Notes: generated from the letters alone by a model not told the origin. A stretch of 64,000 bases of DNA from Nemertoderma westbladi (GCA_032718475.1 JAUCBJ010004787.1:1-64000), one strand, 5' to 3'. Numbered from the stretch's first letter, positions 25,932-39,595 are shown. Made by a program: numbers and translations.

Positions 25932-26076
25932 ATGGAAAACATAATTTATATATCATATATTACTATGGTGTTCTTGCATATACTTTCAATCATAATAATT
26001 ATTCCCCATACAACATTTACTAAAAAGTTGGTTACACGTATGAAATACCCTGAAAATGGAGCAGATCTTCATATTG
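25932..26076 (+). CDS. Probable first coding exon (signal peptide) of a class C GPCR
   Basis: ATG...G|gtgagt, 145 nt, MENIIYISYITMVFLHILSIIIIIPHTTFTKKLVTRMKYPENGADLHI-G. The phase-1 end fits an exon like 3056-3204 and gives DLHIGSLFPV (mGluR GDIILGGLFPV). Confidence 0.6.
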
Positions 26077-26599
26077 GTGAGTAAAACATAATTTCACACA
26101 AAAGAATACTATTATTAGTTATTTTACAGGATCGAGTTTAAAAGACATAATAAATGTTTTAAATGTTAACCAGAAAGCCATGACACTTGATACATTTGAC
26201 TATAATATTTACTGGATTAACAAACTCACTCTAGCTGTACCAACAACCTATTGTCTTTTTTTCGAACCTCATGTTAATAAGTGACACAGTTTCAGGCTTA
26301 AATGTTATTAAATTTGCCTGCTACCAGTTAAAGTGTACACTACTTCCCTTCCCTCACAAATGCAAGATATTTCTTCACTGCTCTGTATTAAAGTATAATT
26401 TTGATTAAATTCTTAAATCAACAGGACAATTGTACGATTACAGTAGGATTATGGGCGAAGTATCAATATACATTTTCATAGTTTGTGCTTTGCATTACAT
26501 TACGTATTTTAGTTTTTCTAGCCAATATAGTTCAATACACAGGCTGTGAAGCCCAAGGCCAGTGTCAAGCTTGAAGGAACCAATGAGACACCTCCAATG

Positions 26600-28470
26600 T
26601 TATATAGTGTCTGGTTTGAGATGTCTGCATTGTACTTGACATAGTGAACCCAGTGTAGCATTCTTGTGAATGTGCCATCCAGAGATTTGGTGTCCTCAGC
26701 AGTTAGAGCCCAACATGGACTCCCATAGAGGAGTACTGGAACTACTGCTGCTCTAAATAATCAGACCTTAGGTTTCCAATTAATTCTATGACTTCCAAAT
26801 CCTGGAAAGCCTATTCAAGGCTGCCCATGCCTTTCCCTTACATATTCGAAGGTCCTCAACTGACTTGCGGATCTATGATCCCAGGTAACAGAAGTTGTCC
26901 ACATGCTCAAGCATACCATCCTTTGAGCTTATGCTCATCCGGTCAAAGACTTACTGAGGACTTTCAAAGTTAACTGTCAAAATTTTTGTATTTTTGGAGT
27001 TCATAAAAGACCAATACTAGAAGCAGCCTGTTCTATTGAGCTGAGGAGCCGTTGGCCTCCCCCTCTAGTGATTCTGAGAGTAATCCTAAGTCATCAGCAA
27101 AGTCACGATCAGTTAGGTACTTGGCAGGATTGTCTCGACTTCTGGAGCCAGTAGGTGGAGTTACCATCACCTGTTCATCATTATGATGATCAAAGGACAT
27201 GCGTAGAACATAGTCATCCACAATTATGAACAGGAATGGTGCAAGTGTGTCTCTCTGGAGGACTCCCCATAACACTTCAAATGGTTGTGTGTTACCATCA
27301 ACAGTAGACACACATATTGTCGAACCATCATATTATACTGATATGATTGCTGCACTAATTTCATCAGGAATCCCATATAATGAAAGTATGCTGAACATAC
27401 ATGAGCGAGAGACTGAATCAACGGCCTTGAAGAAGTGAACAAAGATAACTGCCAGATGCCTATCTTTCTTTTTTGATAACTCTTCAATTATCCTTCTAAG
27501 TGCCAAAAGGGTCTCCATGGTCCCACGACCTTTATGGATCCCATTCTGATTTCCATGGGATTCCTGATGTGATTGAATTCTATTATATAGCGTTGCAGCA
27601 ATTGAGATCAATGAGATTCCCCAAAACGAACCATAGAGGGTTAGGTTGCCCTTCTCGGGAACTGGCACCAACTTATTTGTTTTCATTTCTTGTGGTACTC
27701 TTGTTGTTCTGTACATATCTACTATGATGGGACAGATGAGCTTCAATCACTCAGATATTTTAAAGTGTCTCAGGAATTCTTAGCCTGTGAGTATTCTTAG
27801 CCCGCGAGTATTCTTAGCCCATATGGGTATTCTTAGCCCACAAAACAATAACATTTATTGTTTTGGTTCCCACAATACGCCTCTGAAACAGGCTCCTTTA
27901 CTAACCTGCTCCTTTACTAACTCGCGGGCTAAGAATACTCGCAGGCTAAGAATACCCATGGGATAAGAATTCACCCAACCTTTTAAATACATCAGGGGGA
28001 ACACCATCTGCAACACCACTGGCACGATTGGTCTTAATGCTCTTTGCAGCATCATTTACTTCTGCAAAGGGGATATCGCCAATGGGAATATCTGGGAGTA
28101 CTACAGACTCAGACACTTTAACTTCTATAAAGTTATCGGGCAATACCCTGTCATTATTGAGGAGCTTTTCAAAGTGTGTCTGTCTTATTATAGATAGTGT
28201 AATGTATTTTAAAGATATACCACTACATGCACCTCTGGCCTTGCTTTAAACCTGCCGATGACACAGAGTCCTCGGGGTTTACTTCCTCCGGATGCTTGTC
28301 ATTGACTTCCCCTTCCCCATTTTGCCTTGTTTCGACCACACACACTATAAAAGGTCCCCCTACTACCACATCATGTAAAATTAACTTCCTACTACTAAGA
28401 GTTCTTATACCTTCCGTCAGCCTGGTGGCTAATTGTTCAGTCCTTTCTGATGCGCCCATCTTACTCAAAT
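26600..28470 (-). mobile_element. Degenerate RTE-clade LINE (APE start and RT), approximate ends
   Basis: Motifs VVETRQNGEG, RASGVADGVPP, GVLQRDTLAPFLFIIV and DFADDLGLL, with many frameshifts. Confidence 0.75.
27765..27980. mobile_element. MITE with ATTCTTAGCC subterminal tandem units, inserted in the RTE
   Basis: Four direct and three inverted units; TTTTAAA duplicated at 27758-27764 and 27981-27987. Confidence 0.7.
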
Positions 28471-29838
28471 GTACAAAATAATGCCCATCTTACTCAAATG
28501 TTCAAAATATAAGTCGTAATAAAGAGTATCTAATAGATTGGAATTAACATTATCCGTTCTATTAGCTTCTTCCACATCTCTCAACTTACAGCGGTAGTTC
28601 CTTTAAAGTTTCTTTATCTCGATGAGGGTTCCCATCATGGTTGCGATTGTATTCCCCACTGAAGTCCTCATCCTCCTCGTCACTGAACTCATTATCGATC
28701 CTGCATCCTCCCTGCGTTGCTTTCACTGGCCCTGACTTCCTACATCTCCTGGACTGGACCGTTATGTTCAGGATTGTCTCCTGATGCTTCCATCCCTGCT
28801 GCTTCCTCGAGCAGCAAGTGTTTGATGCTATCAGTAACTGACAGAGTCAGTGTCACAGCCGGCATCAGTCTGTGTCTGCCCATCATGGAACCTGCTGGTG
28901 TGCTTCTTCTCATTTTGCCAATAGTTTAACTGTCACAGTAGCAAGCTAGATCTTAAGTAAACAGGCGGCTGGTTACCAAGCAGGTGATATAGTTTGTTAG
29001 GTAGAGGTCTATTTTAACTGGTTCTGTAGGGGACGACCTGGACATTGGGGAAAACTAGCTTCTTGTTTCTGCTTTCATGTATAATATGATATAGCATAGG
29101 TAATAAACAGTTAGTTACTAGTAATAGTACAAGTGTGAATCCGATGTCATTGCACAAAGAACTCTGGGTCAATAGCCAGTACTACAAAATCCGTAATACA
29201 GAAACCATTAAACTAAATCAGCCTCTCGTGGTTTGAGATGCCTGTATACTGGGCGCTGTTCTGCTATTGGCTGGTGCCATTTGATTAATCGTTTACTTTG
29301 TCTTAATTAATCTCACTCTCTACCTATTGGTGAAGGCATAATGTTAGGATGCCGTTACCTTGTAGGTTGGTTACAATGCACTGTACACTATACAGTACAT
29401 GCAATGACTTGCAATTTGGTCCCATTGGCAGTTCCATGCTTGTAAGTTGACCTTTGGGGTCCTTACAAGCCAGGGTAGGGTGTTAATTGTTTCCCATTTT
29501 GGTTAATAACTGTTTGAGGTGACATATTGGTTTTATGGGTGTCGAAGTGCCTCAGGGATCGCTCCTGTAATAGGCACTCATTGGCAGGTTGTGCCAGACG
29601 GTGTCACCCATCACGACCAACACGAATAAAATCACTCACTTGATCAGTTATGTAAACTAACTGATGAACAAAGGTTTAAGCAGTACAATGTGGTCTACAA
29701 ACCACCATTGGACATGGACACTGTATTAAATGATAACTAAATGAAGCGCCAACGCGAGCCCCAGTCCCACGCTGCAGACGTACCACCCTCCCACCCTCAC
29801 ACAGAGGAGGACGCGGCCTATTCTGGCACTGCCAAGGT

Positions 29839-32800
29839 GTGGTCATCTTTTCAGGCACTGAACTGGAGAGCCCCCCCATCATTTCTGCTTTAGAGCAACT
29901 GGAGGCTCTGGAAACGGTGACCGTGGGCCTCCACATCACCAGGAACCCAAAGTTTGGTTTCAAGGAGCTCCAGTTCCTCCCGGACTCCAGCGCCAACATA
30001 ACCGCCATCCCTTTCCGGATCTTCTTGGCGTTCGGTGGGACCACCGCTAACCTCTGCCTAACCAACTCGGCGATCCAACCACCCCGATTAGCCAATGGCA
30101 GTCGTACAGGGTGGTTATTCAAAGGAGTATTCCAGGCGACCATCCAGTGCCACTCGCTGCATACAGCTTGCACCATGGAAGTCTGGGTCCTGGACGGCCT
30201 ACACCAGCCACTACTATCCCGCAGAACTTGTTTCCTTTTAGGCATCCTCCAGAGCCCGATTCTCCGTGGCGGCCAGCCACCCACTCGTAGCGCAGCCCTG
30301 CCACAATGCGCACCAACCACCAGCCACACCATGCAGGCACAGCCGCCACCTCCAACTCCCACCACTCAGCCACAACCTCCCGTTACTGCGCCGCCACCAG
30401 CGCTGTGGGAGTCCCTTGTTGCCAGGTTCCCCCGCCCTCTTTCAGGGATTTGCAGGGTGATGCGGGGTGGCGACATAACAATTAAAGTCCCTCCAGTCCC
30501 TCCTTCCGCTACGCGAACCGCGTTATCCCCGCCAACCTCGAGGCCGCCTTTGAAAAGGAGCTGGATGAGCAGGTCGCCATGGGAATCCTGGAGCCGCGAC
30601 GATGAGAACAACCCGAGTGAGTAGCTCAGCCCCATGGTAGTAACCCGGAAAAAGGACGGAACCTCGGTCCGGATTACAGTTGACCTCCGGGAGCTGAACC
30701 GCCACACCGTCCGGCCCGCCTACATCACGCCGTCCCCCTTCCAGGTTGTATCCCGCATCCCCCCAACGGCGTGCTGCTTCATGGTCCTTGACAGACTTAA
30801 GGGGTTCCACCAGGTCGGCCTGGATAGCCATAGACATAGCCAGCCAGAAGCTGACAACCTTCGCAACCCCACACGGTTGCTACCGATACCGCCGAATGCT
30901 GATGGGGTGGCACGGCAGTTCTGACGCGTTCAACGCCCGAATGGCCAAGGCACTCCACGGCATCCCCAACATCGGCCGAATAGTTGAGGACATCCTCATC
31001 TATACGGACTCCATAGAAGAACATGCGGAGGCCGTTGCCCAGGTCCTCGCTGCCTGCGATGCTGCCGACATTTCTTTCAACCCCAGGAAAGTGCAATTCA
31101 GCCTTCCTGAAGTGAAGTTCGGCGGCAACATCGTCTCACACGGCAGGTACAGGATAGACCCAGAACTTATGGACGACCTTCGCCACTTCCCGACTCCCAC
31201 GTGCCGGAAGGAACTCCGCTCATTCCTCGGCCTTGCCCAACAGCTGGGTAACTCCACGGCCGAGATCACCCAGCTGGTGGAGCCACTACGAGGCCTCAAC
31301 TCCAGCCACTGAGCATGGCTGTGGCTACCTCAACACCAGATGGTGTTCGAGTTGACCCGGGCAGCCCTGTCCAGCCCCCACTTCCTCTCTGGATTCCACC
31401 CCGACCGCCGGACAGAACTCCTCACGGACGCATCCCGCATTAACGGCCTCGGGTTCCTTCTCCGCCAGTGGGACTCAAGTGCAAACCGCTGGCTCACGGT
31501 CCAGTGCGGCTCCCAGACCCTCGCCAAACACGAGGCCAACTGGTCTGGGATGACCGAATTGGAGGCCCTCGGTGCAGCCTGGGGGGCCCACAAGTGTCGT
31601 TACTTTCTCGATGGGTTCACTTCGAGATAGTCACGGATTGCAGCCCATTGATCCCCATCCTGAATGACCGCCATATGGACCAGGTGAGTAACGACCGACT
31701 CCTCAAACTAAAAACCCTACTGTCCCGCTACTACTTAACAGCGAGACACCAGAAGGGGTTGAAACACCTGATCGCGGACGCCTTATCCCGCGCACCACGC
31801 CACACCCACACGCCACACGACATCCTGCTCTCCGCTGAAGATGATGCTGACTGTGAGTTTATCGTTAACACCGCGTGCGGCGAGATCCCATCAGTTGAGT
31901 CCCGAGACGCCCGCCTCCAACAGGTCAGGGACGTCGGCCAATGTGACCCTGTATACCGGGCCCTGTTATCCATAATAAGGGAGGGCTGGCCGACCTCCAA
32001 ACACAATGTGGAGGACGACCTCATCCGGCCTTACTTCGCGCACCGCACTGAACTGATGGTTCACGACGGCATGATCCTCCGTGGACCACAGCTCTACATC
32101 CCAGTCGAGATGCGCCCGGAGACACTCCACCAGCTCCACGCCGCCCACCAGGGTCTCAACAAGACCCGGGACCGAGCCAGCCGGTCTGTTTGGTGGCCCT
32201 CTATCGCCCACGACGTCAAACAGGTGGTAGAGCGGTGCCAATCATGTCAGACAACCCTCCCGTCCCACGCGGCGGAACCACTCAAATGTAACCCGGATGC
32301 AACCCGCCTATTCCAACGAGTCCATGCCGACCTCCTCCAAGTCGACCAGACCAACTATTTCGTGGTCACCGATGAGTTCACCGGATGGCTGACGTTATTC
32401 CGATTGAATGTGAACACAACGTCCACCCCCATTGTGAATTGCCTACGCAAGCTGTTCCTCGGCACAGCGGTGCCTACCATCTTCCACCCAGATGGTGGAA
32501 CACAACTCGTTTCCGAGGAGGTGAAAAAGTTTCTCCGGCAGTGGGGTGTCACCCTGGAACCATCCAGCCCCTACCTCCCCCACACCAACGGTCGAGTGGA
32601 GGCCGCCGTGAAGAAGATAATCCGTGGTGCTAAACATGATTCGGACGGGATAGCACACGGGATACTGGTGTTCCGAAACACTCCAAGTTACGGCGGACGC
32701 TCACCCGCCGAATTACTTTACGGCCACAATATCCGCGAGTCCCTCCCCGTCCACTTCACCGCATTAGACGAGAAGTGGCGCAAGATGTTCCACCAACTCG

Positions 32801-33430
32801 ACGCAATTGCGGAAACCATACGTGAAAAACTGTTAGCAAACTACAACTGCCACACGAAGCCGCTGGAGGCGCTGCCAACCGGACACCCCATCCTTATACA
32901 GGACCCCCACGACAGGCGATGGACCGGACACGGAACCATAGTCGAGGCCATGCCCAACCATGACTACCTTGTGCGACAGGAAAGCGGCCGTGTCCTGAGG
33001 CGCAACCGCGTTTTCCTACGCACGCGGCAATTTATAGCGCCACCTAGCAGCCTCCCCACACCATCAACCGAGAGACAGCCACCAACAGCACCACAGCCCA
33101 ACCCACCATCAGACCCCAAACCTACCTGGAGCGAGGTCGCCAGCTGCCCAGCACTGGCTCAGTCACAGCCACCGGCACCTACCCCACATGTGGCGCCGCC
33201 TAACGGTATCCCTACCCACACCCGATCGGGGAGAACCATCAGACCTCCCCAATGCTATACAAATAGCAACTATTAAAAACTATCGCATACTACTTACTGT
33301 ATTAAATAAACACGTTACCAAACTTACTACAAAGCGTACTCGACTCGTAACCCCCACCCCACCCACCACCTGGGGGGTATGTGTAATCCCGATATACTGT
33401 ACGTGTTTGAAGGCCTTATATATATATCTC
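29839..33430 (+). mobile_element. Ty3/Gypsy LTR retrotransposon pol region with PPT and a truncated 3' LTR start
   Basis: PR FLPDSSANIT, RT VRITVDLRELN / GFHQV, RH LLTDAS then IN; GGGGGG tract at 33372-33377 followed by TGT; GC-rich against the flanks. Confidence 0.88.
31468..33276 (+). CDS. Gypsy RNase H C-terminus and integrase (HHCC, DDE)
   Basis: IVTDCSPL, ADALSR, LHAAHQG...CQSC, HADL, PDGGTQL and NGRVEAAVK; the N-terminus of this ORF is off-frame. Confidence 0.85.
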   Translation: MGLKCKPLAHGPVRLPDPRQTRGQLVWDDRIGGPRCSLGGPQVSLLSRWVHFEIVTDCSPLIPILNDRHMDQVSNDRLLKLKTLLSRYYLTARHQKGLKHLIADALSRAPRHTHTPHDILLSAEDDADCEFIVNTACGEIPSVESRDARLQQVRDVGQCDPVYRALLSIIREGWPTSKHNVEDDLIRPYFAHRTELMVHDGMILRGPQLYIPVEMRPETLHQLHAAHQGLNKTRDRASRSVWWPSIAHDVKQVVERCQSCQTTLPSHAAEPLKCNPDATRLFQRVHADLLQVDQTNYFVVTDEFTGWLTLFRLNVNTTSTPIVNCLRKLFLGTAVPTIFHPDGGTQLVSEEVKKFLRQWGVTLEPSSPYLPHTNGRVEAAVKKIIRGAKHDSDGIAHGILVFRNTPSYGGRSPAELLYGHNIRESLPVHFTALDEKWRKMFHQLDAIAETIREKLLANYNCHTKPLEALPTGHPILIQDPHDRRWTGHGTIVEAMPNHDYLVRQESGRVLRRNRVFLRTRQFIAPPSSLPTPSTERQPPTAPQPNPPSDPKPTWSEVASCPALAQSQPPAPTPHVAPPNGIPTHTRSGRTIRPPQCYTNSNY

Positions 33431-34655
33431 TTACCAGTTAGATTTATTACGCGATACTGACTTATGATTATTATACGGATTACACAGCAGGTGATTTGTA
33501 TCCTTTTTTGATATAGCTGTGTTAATTATTTTCCAGGTGCGCCTAACACTCCCATTGCATTCAGCAAAAGCATTGTCATAATAACGCTTTTCGGCTGTCC
33601 TTAAAATTTTAGAGACCTGGTTTCGATATTTTTGATACTGTATCCTGCACTGAATGGTTTTATTTGATAGTTGCTTTATGTAGAGTTTATTTTTTGTTTC
33701 AATACACTTGGAAATTCCTTTTGTAATCCAGGGTTTACGCACCGGTTTCGATTTAATATTAAATTCCTTAATTTTTACATGTGAATTGCAAATTGTCTTA
33801 AAATCATTATAAAATAGCTCGTATTTGTTACCTTTTGGTATGCCTTCATTAGTATAACTCCAATTTGCTGGGTTTGATATGTCGTGCAGAAAGTTGAACT
33901 CATTAAGGTTACTATAATCATAAGTATAGCGCTTTTCCTGACTTATTTAGTAGTAATATCGTTCTTAATAAATGGCTCTGTAAAAGCCAAAAAGTTGAAG
34001 GCTGTATCTAAACTAGATATCACCTTGTTAATAGCTGAAAAGTTTCTATGAAGGCTGCGGCAATTTAAATGAAAAATTGATACGTCATCAGTGTTAGCAG
34101 GGGACTCAAATGAAAACTTTTTATTAAATTTATTTATGTCAAAGTACCCACCACCGATCTACGACTCAAATAGGTTGATGTCGGGATCGATACCAGAAAA
34201 AATATCATTGTCTGATCCCAGCGGAGGTAATGAATCTAACTCATCTTTTTTAGAAAAAATATCATCATCATTTGATGGGATTAGCTGAAATGGAAATCAA
34301 TTTTTTGCGCAAAATAAACACCAAATTATTTTTTCCTTTTTTAATTGTACAAACTTACCCCGATCCAAAAATGTACCACATTGACTAAATGTATGTTCCG
34401 CACCATCCAGCGAAGCAAACCCAGCAGGGAGGAGGTAAGTCTGCAGTAGGCATAAAGACAGGCAAAGGAATGGGTGACCACTAATATGAATGAGAGAAAT
34501 GATATGAATGAACCCTTTAAACCAAAACATATGAACACGCGGTCTTTCAGTATGGCCCAGTTATAAATGAAATACCATAATTTTACTGACTATATAACTT
34601 CTGAGAAAAGATGAGTAAAGCAGAACAAAAGTTATAGTTAATACTATAAAGTCTA

Positions 34656-34695
<40 letters not shown>

Positions 34696-35420
34696 GCTAG
34701 AAATACTACACAATTAATACCATAAAGTAACTTTTAATGAGTATGATCAAGTATATTACATGGACTGAATTTAGATATAATTCTAATTCTAAATAGATTT
34801 ACTCATAGCATCTTTATTATCTAGTTCACGCTCTCGCCCTCTTCTTCAGTTTCTTTGCTGTTGTTTAATATAGCTGAGAAGCTATTGTTCAAAAGGAAAC
34901 TATTTTCAGAATTGGGTGTTCCTATATAGAACTCACCATTGGCCGGATTGTAAGCCACAGCATCTCGTGTGCGTGTGCATGGGCGTGAGGATCGAGAATC
35001 AGTATTCGTCGGCTTTTCCTTCTTCCTGGATTTGGTCGGACCGCCACTCGCATCACTAAGAAATTTTCCAAGTATTGCTTCTGATTGAACTGGGATCGAT
35101 ATGCTTCCTTCCACCTTTCTTATACGTATAACGCCATTCGCTGAGAATGCAGAATGAAGGATACCATTACGTTTCTCATTCTTGGCTCGACGGAGCAATT
35201 CAGTCCATGGGGCTGTGAAGTGCTCCGTAAAGTGGTATCCTTTAGGAAGTTTATCAGCATTTGAGAAACATATTACACGTTGGGAGTGGCCGATAAAACG
35301 ACCAATAATCGGACTCGATTTTGCTGTGTCCTTAGATCCTTTATGAGTTATATTACCAAGGCGATGGTAGACGTCGATTTCTAGCGTCGATTTGTAGATT
35401 ACAGTTATCATTTCTTGTTT
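33431..35420 (-). mobile_element. CR1-group LINE fragment (ORF1 C-terminal part and deleted ORF2 start)
   Basis: ORF1 IDVYHRLG...PIIGRF...TEHFT...NGVIRIR (34821-35411); APE start IFHLNCRSL; KPWITKGI in ORF 33431-33742. Confidence 0.75.
34658..34692. repeat. (TA)n microsatellite
   Basis: Direct reading. Confidence 0.9.
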
Positions 35421-37164
35421 TAATGATGAAACTTCGGAACGAAGACCACTTATCGAGGAAGCAAGAGTCTGTAATGTTTGGAGAATTTCATCCTGTTTTT
35501 TTCATATCTCGCAGTGCTATTGGCAGCGGAAGAACCTCGTGTCTTCAACATGGTTGTGGTCAGACACTATGCTCTATATGTCTGTGTTCTTGTGTAGGCC
35601 ATCTATGTGAGTTATGTGGCCAGTGTCAGAGTGTTGAGTGATAAGTTTCTTTAGGCCAACTGGGAGACTGCCTTGTAAGATATTACATACTTTGTACTCA
35701 AATATACTCGATATTCCAGCTCTATGCAATGAAATGACAACAAGGTTGCCAGCATTAATGTCAATGTTTTCTATACCAAACACTTACTACAGATGTAGAG
35801 TGTCCCATGTTCCAAAATAAATTTGTACATCAAACTCATCATGGCAAAGTCTTTTGAACCTACCCAACCCTAAAACACTGTGGAACCACATAAACTGGAA
35901 GGGTGAGGTAGCAGACAAAATAGCTAACATACAGAATGCTAAGACATACAGAATGCTAAGAGCCATATGGAATGTCTATAAATTTACTTATGGTAAATGA
36001 GGAGCTAGCACTTTCAGCATTCTAGTTGGAATAATACAGTGTGGACCATGTAGTCTTTCTCACTTTGGATCATACCTAAATCCACCCGTGTGTAGACTAA
36101 AGGATATTGGCCCCAACACCTTCCTAGCTCTATGTCAATGTCTGCTGCTTGTCAATGATTTAGTTATATTGGCAATGTCTCACACTATGTTTATCTTGAA
36201 AATAAAAATTCTTCTTGACTTTTTGTTCTGAATTTGGTTTAAGGGGGGGGGGTAGCGCATTTTCTGACCAAAAAGACGAATTTTTGAAACATATCCTATC
36301 TGATGCAGAATTTCATGCTGAATCCAAATATGGAAACCGTTTTCCCAGATCTTGATTAGTTTTCGAGATATCTGGGATAGAAGATACTGGCTCCGATATG
36401 TCGTGATATCGGTAAAGGCAATGAAGTTTGGGGTTTGCATTCAATTTCTGCAAATTTCTGTGCCCAGTGGTGCCAATTGGATGTCTCCATGAGAAAGAGC
36501 ACAAAATTTTAATTGAGAATGTATTTTTTTGTGATTATTGGACCTACTTGTCAGTTTATAAGACAACTTCAATTCTCCGGAATGAAGATGGGACTCGAAT
36601 AAGCGACTCTGCGGTCTTTGCGGGAATATACAGAATAGACTTATCGGTCATCGGAGATCTTCAAAATGTATAATCTCCAGTTCTAGTGGTCATACAAAGT
36701 TCGTTTTAGGCTCATTCGAAAGCTCTTTTCTTAGAGAACAAAGTCACCATTTGATTTAAGATAAAATGGTTGTAAAGCAACATAACATGAATATGGGTAA
36801 AAAATTTTGTTCACCTTGCAAATGTTGCCTTGCAAATTTTGTTCAAGTTTTGATTGCTCAGGCAGCTTTCAAGAGTTTGCCTTTGGTCTCTGAGAAAAGA
36901 GCTTTCGAATGAGCCCTAAACGAACTCCGTACGACCACTAGATCTGGAGATTATACATTTTGAAGATCTCCGATGACTGATAAGTCTATTCCGTGTAATC
37001 CCGCAAAGACCGCAGAGTCGCTTATTCGAGTCCCGTCTTCATTCCGGAGACTTGAAGTTGTCTTATAAACTGTTCAGTAGGTCCAATAATCATAAAAAAA
37101 TACCTTCTCAATTAAAATTTTGTGCTCTTTCTCGTGGAGACATCCAATTAGCACCACTGACCAC

Positions 37165-39595
37165 TAGGTACCTTCATAAAAATCGAATTTTTGAAATTCA
37201 TATGGGGACGTTTTCCATTTGATGGAAGAGGTTATAAAACAAACCCATGCCAATTTTTAGCCATAAATATTGATATCTAGGGGTTGCCCAACGAGCTTTT
37301 GTATTTTCGCAATTTGGCGATATTTTGCGATAGAGCGGGTTATCGCGATAAATCCAAATAAGCTTATGCTTGGGCTTAGAAATATTTATGCGCATTATTT
37401 ATGTGCAATTTGTAATTCTCTATCAAATGATATGCTGCATGACACACTTTCAAACAAATAATACATCTTTTATTATACTCTATTGCATTGGTGTTTGAGT
37501 TCAGCGGGTGGTGCCCTGCGCGCATACAGTAATGACTGGAATGAGTTTTGTTCATATGAATGAATCATACATAATTCTATAATGCAGATTCTAAATTTAT
37601 TTTCACATTGGACCTAGCACATCAATATTTTTCGCAATCACCAATTTGAGTTCAAATTACTACTTTCACTAATCAAACTATTTTCGTTTGTGTCTCCTTA
37701 TTCTGCTATTGTGTCATTATGTGTCAATGCACCAGACATCCCTTTTCTATCTTATTATTGTCAAATGAAATTTAGTTGTTTCATAAAAGCAGTCGATTTG
37801 ATATCAGATTAAGTATTCAAATTTATAATTCAAAAATACAAATTTTGATTGCCAAACTTATTTGTGTATATATTGTATATATATATATATATAATGTTCA
37901 GGAAATTGTGCCGTTATATTGTATATTGACTCCAGTCACATAAAGAACAATTACAAGGTACAAATTTAAGCAGTCATCACAGCCATATATGTTTATGAAT
38001 TAGATGATGTCAGTTTACTTGGGTATGTGTTTACGTACTCTCTTCCTATCTGCTCGCTCTTCATATTTAACAAAGATCTTTTCAAAGTTGGTTGTTTCAT
38101 GGAGTTCACTGACGAGTCTCTCTGCAGGTTGGTTGTGTCCTGTTATCATTTCCCCAATCTGAGTAATTCTTTGCCATATCTCAGAATGTTTATCTTTCTG
38201 ATTATATACAGATTCCATGACTGCAGTGTCTTGCAATTCCGGGATGTGGTGAAAGAGTGGAGATACTTGTAATCGCTTTATCCACCCAGGATGTTTAACC
38301 AAGTCTGATATAGTTAAAGATGACAGTTTGTTTTTAGAAAATTTAAGAACCACCCTCTCGGAAAAATTCGCTTGACCTCCCAAGGAACTAAACTTTTTGA
38401 TTTCTTGGACTACTGTGGATTTATAGGTGATGTCCAAAGGGAGAAGAGTCGCATCAAGGTTATATAGATGTCTTTCGATGGCATCAAAGTAAACACTTGG
38501 TAGATTTAAATCATTTCCAACATTAGCTAGCATATTGGTTATCTCAAGTGTGCTCCTTATTATATTTGACCCATTGGAATCAACAGCGAGCCTATGTGCT
38601 TTGAAATAAACAACACCAAACCTGACAAATGTCTCACTATGGGAAACTAACTTTGATGATGATAGCATCTCCTTCGTATTAATACAAATAGCTTCATCAG
38701 ACTTTGATTTAAAATACCTGTTGGCATGGAGATTAATTAAGGCAGTTGTCAGTTTGGGCAACAGTATAATGATATGAAGTAAACTCCCCAGTGTATTTAG
38801 CCAACGTGTTCCAACCTTAAGTATAGAGTGTTTAAGATTAGATCCAGTGAAGGTATGTTTCGATACCAAACTATAAACAAATCGTTGGTCATTGTTGAAG
38901 ACATTAAGATCCCTAAATACGTTATCATCCAATACTGGGTAATGATCTGGCCATGTAAATGTTTCATCATCAGCAATTTCACTGAACAAGTTATCTTTAC
39001 CCACGCAGTCGTATATATATCGCATATTATGACATAGTGTCATAAGTGACCTCACACTAGCACTCTTGTCATTAGTCATTTTTGGGTCCTTATCAAATAT
39101 CTGATTTGAAATTGAATTAATCATCTTTCCCGATATTGATTCATTACTGTGAATCCTGCACATAATGATGAAGAGGTGATGGTTGTAGCGGCTAAGTTGT
39201 TCCATTTTCTTGAATGCACCACCTACAGCTGCAATTCCTGAATTTACAGAGGTGGTATCTGTACAAATTCCCAATAGTTTTCCATCCTTTATGTCAGTCT
39301 TATATGTTTCAGAAAAATGTAAGCCTAATGTAGCACCAGTCTGGGGGGAATCAAAGAGTTCTATTGAAAGAGGGAAGTATAAATGTTTATAAGATTTATC
39401 AAGAGCATAGTATAAAGTTACTTCAAATAAGTCCTTCCCATCTGCATGTGCAAAAAAATAAATGCAGTTGTCTTTCAGCTCACATAACCTGTCTTTTACA
39501 GTTTTATAATGTCGTTTCCTAGCACGTTGCAAAGTTGTATCACTAGGGACTGCTGATTTGGGGAGGTCTTGTATCCCAGCAATTTATGTGGTCAG
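37165..39595 (-). mobile_element. hAT-type (hATm-like) DNA transposon, one end lost
   Basis: Begins TAGG at 37165; flanked by CTGACCAC (37157-37164) and GTGACCAC (39595-39602); contains the transposase ORF. Confidence 0.7.
38015..39532 (-). CDS. hAT-like DDE transposase, N-terminally truncated
   Basis: Motifs HADGK, CTDTTSVNSG, CRIH (CxxH), TRW and NQPAERLV. The frame is open to ~39583 without an ATG. Confidence 0.8.
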   Translation of the reverse strand: MQRARKRHYKTVKDRLCELKDNCIYFFAHADGKDLFEVTLYYALDKSYKHLYFPLSIELFDSPQTGATLGLHFSETYKTDIKDGKLLGICTDTTSVNSGIAAVGGAFKKMEQLSRYNHHLFIIMCRIHSNESISGKMINSISNQIFDKDPKMTNDKSASVRSLMTLCHNMRYIYDCVGKDNLFSEIADDETFTWPDHYPVLDDNVFRDLNVFNNDQRFVYSLVSKHTFTGSNLKHSILKVGTRWLNTLGSLLHIIILLPKLTTALINLHANRYFKSKSDEAICINTKEMLSSSKLVSHSETFVRFGVVYFKAHRLAVDSNGSNIIRSTLEITNMLANVGNDLNLPSVYFDAIERHLYNLDATLLPLDITYKSTVVQEIKKFSSLGGQANFSERVVLKFSKNKLSSLTISDLVKHPGWIKRLQVSPLFHHIPELQDTAVMESVYNQKDKHSEIWQRITQIGEMITGHNQPAERLVSELHETTNFEKIFVKYEERADRKRVRKHIPK

